From assembly GCA_958296185.1 (NCBI GenBank), contig CATQIB010000010.1, forward strand, positions 17,863 to 81,862: a stretch of DNA of 64,000 bases, in the 5' to 3' direction. Source of the DNA: an uncultured Mesonia sp. GTDB taxonomy: Bacteria > Bacteroidota > Bacteroidia > Flavobacteriales > Flavobacteriaceae. Below, piece by piece: positions 63,109 through 64,000 of the stretch (position 1 is its first letter; the number at the start of each line of letters is the position of its first letter). The notes under the pieces were generated by a model that ran no database searches, had not been told where the DNA came from, and saw only the letters and a list, made by a program, of their open reading frames with translations. The position numbers were made by a program, and so were the translations under genes.

Positions 63109-64000
63109 TCATTTAAAACCTTGTCGTTCAATTAAATAAGTAATTAAAATTTTATGTAAGTCTTTTTGGATGTCTACCGCTTGGTAATGAATCTTGTTTT
63201 TTAAACACATTTGCTTAAAAAGATTTTGGTAATTTTTCATCTGCTTGCGGTAGGCTTCTTTCAGTTGAGAGGGGTAAACCGCCAATTCCTCACCGGTTTC
63301 TACATCGATAAATTTTTTAGGGGTATCTTCAAAGTCAAAATCCATTTCTTTTGAGCCATCTAATGTATGAAAAACCACAAGTTCATGTTTATTGTGATTC
63401 AAATGACGTAAAGCAGCCAGGAGTTGTTCTTGGTCTTCATGGGCTTGTAATAAATCGGTAAAGAGAAATATCAGGGAACGACGTTTTACCTTTTCGGCAA
63501 TTTGATGTAAAACCTCATAGGTGGCGGTTTTTTTGCGGCTTGAGGTAGGGGTAAGCATTTGCTCCAACTGATGTAAAAGCAGTTGAAAATGCCGTTCACT
63601 TCCTTTCTCAGGCAGGTAAAAATCGTAGGCATCGCTGTAAAGACTAAGCCCCATAGCGTCGCGTTGTTTTTTGAATAATTGCATTAAAGATGCCGTGGCT
63701 AATGCTGCAAAACCAATTTTGTTGTACTCGCTTAAACTTTGCTTTTTTAAAGCCGGATAGTGCATGGAGCTTGATTGATCAATAATTACGTGACAACGTA
63801 AATTGGTCTCTTCTTCATACTTTTTGGTGTACAACCTATCGGTTTTGGCATAGAGTTTCCAATCGATGTGTTTGGTGCTCTGCCCTGGATGGTAAAGCGT
63901 ATGTTCGGCAAACTCGGCCGAAAAACCGTGAAACGGACTAGCATGTAAACCCGAAATAAAGCCCTCAACTACTTTTTTAGCGAGCAAGTCTAAGCGTCCA
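63109..64000 (-). CDS. DUF58 family protein (vWA-like, MoxR-associated); 5' end runs off the window
   Basis: GFSAEFAEHTLYHPGQSTKHIDWKLYAKTDRLYTKKYEEE and VIIDQSSSM are typical of DUF58. The frame stays open to position 64000 upstream of the listed TTG start. Confidence 0.82.
   Translation of the reverse strand, partial: GRLDLLAKKVVEGFISGLHASPFHGFSAEFAEHTLYHPGQSTKHIDWKLYAKTDRLYTKKYEEETNLRCHVIIDQSSSMHYPALKKQSLSEYNKIGFAALATASLMQLFKKQRDAMGLSLYSDAYDFYLPEKGSERHFQLLLHQLEQMLTPTSSRKKTATYEVLHQIAEKVKRRSLIFLFTDLLQAHEDQEQLLAALRHLNHNKHELVVFHTLDGSKEMDFDFEDTPKKFIDVETGEELAVYPSQLKEAYRKQMKNYQNLFKQMCLKNKIHYQAVDIQKDLHKILITYLIERQGFK

Noticed and set aside
1-64000. CRISPR arrays, rRNA genes, insertion sequences, prophage genes, and toxin-antitoxin or known defence-system genes.
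   Set aside because: I saw no regularly spaced repeats, rRNA-like sequence, transposase, integrase or phage structural signatures, and no small paired TA-like ORFs on either strand.

Overview
This window looks like a mostly housekeeping, gene-dense chromosomal segment of a Flavobacteriia (Bacteroidota) genome. Three things support that placement: a T9SS C-terminal sorting domain, many Bacteroidota-type TAnnTTTG -7 promoter boxes just upstream of start codons, and Bacteroidota-typical DUF families (DUF3127, DUF3098, DUF4271, DUF4296). I support about 60 protein genes, one tRNA-Asp(GTC), one multiply disrupted gene remnant, and a set of intrinsic-terminator hairpins and promoter boxes.

Gene content:
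- Mevalonate pathway: class II HMG-CoA reductase plus a GHMP kinase.
- Peptide scavenging: a DPP-IV gene followed by two POT transporters.
- Envelope and cell-division genes: lpxB, surE, uppP, ftsX.
- Translation and RNA genes: leuS, tyrS, truB, trmB, rpsP-rimM.
- Other metabolism: pckA and pyrC.
- An Mrp/NifU/ferredoxin-NADP reductase/[2Fe-2S] ferredoxin cluster.
- A glutaryl-CoA dehydrogenase.

I found no CRISPR array, integrase, transposase or recognisable defence or toxin system.

Most interesting loci:
1. 41.4-49.2 kb: a TonB-dependent receptor and a non-SusD beta-helix-like lipoprotein form an operon. Next to it is a T9SS-exported protein with a lamin-tail-like module. The operon is divergent from an OmpR-type two-component system, and the shared intergenic region carries a ~21-nt periodic TGTTA array.
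2. 19.9 kb: a DUF3127 protein ends in an SSB-like acidic ...DDLPF tip.
3. 51.6 kb: an alkyltransferase-like protein has PAHRV in place of PCHRV.
4. 56.55-57.44 kb: an AT-rich decayed membrane-protein gene.
5. 60.3-60.5 kb: a promoter-to-terminator unit with no ATG, which could be a small RNA.
6. 60.6-62.5 kb: a TPR-TM-LuxR one-component regulator with a 19-bp tandem repeat upstream.

Twelve ORF-track starts appear to be 5'-over-extended. For seven of them a -7 box sits at or downstream of the listed start, which supports the shorter start used here.

All calls come from reading the translations and the DNA by eye. No database search was possible.
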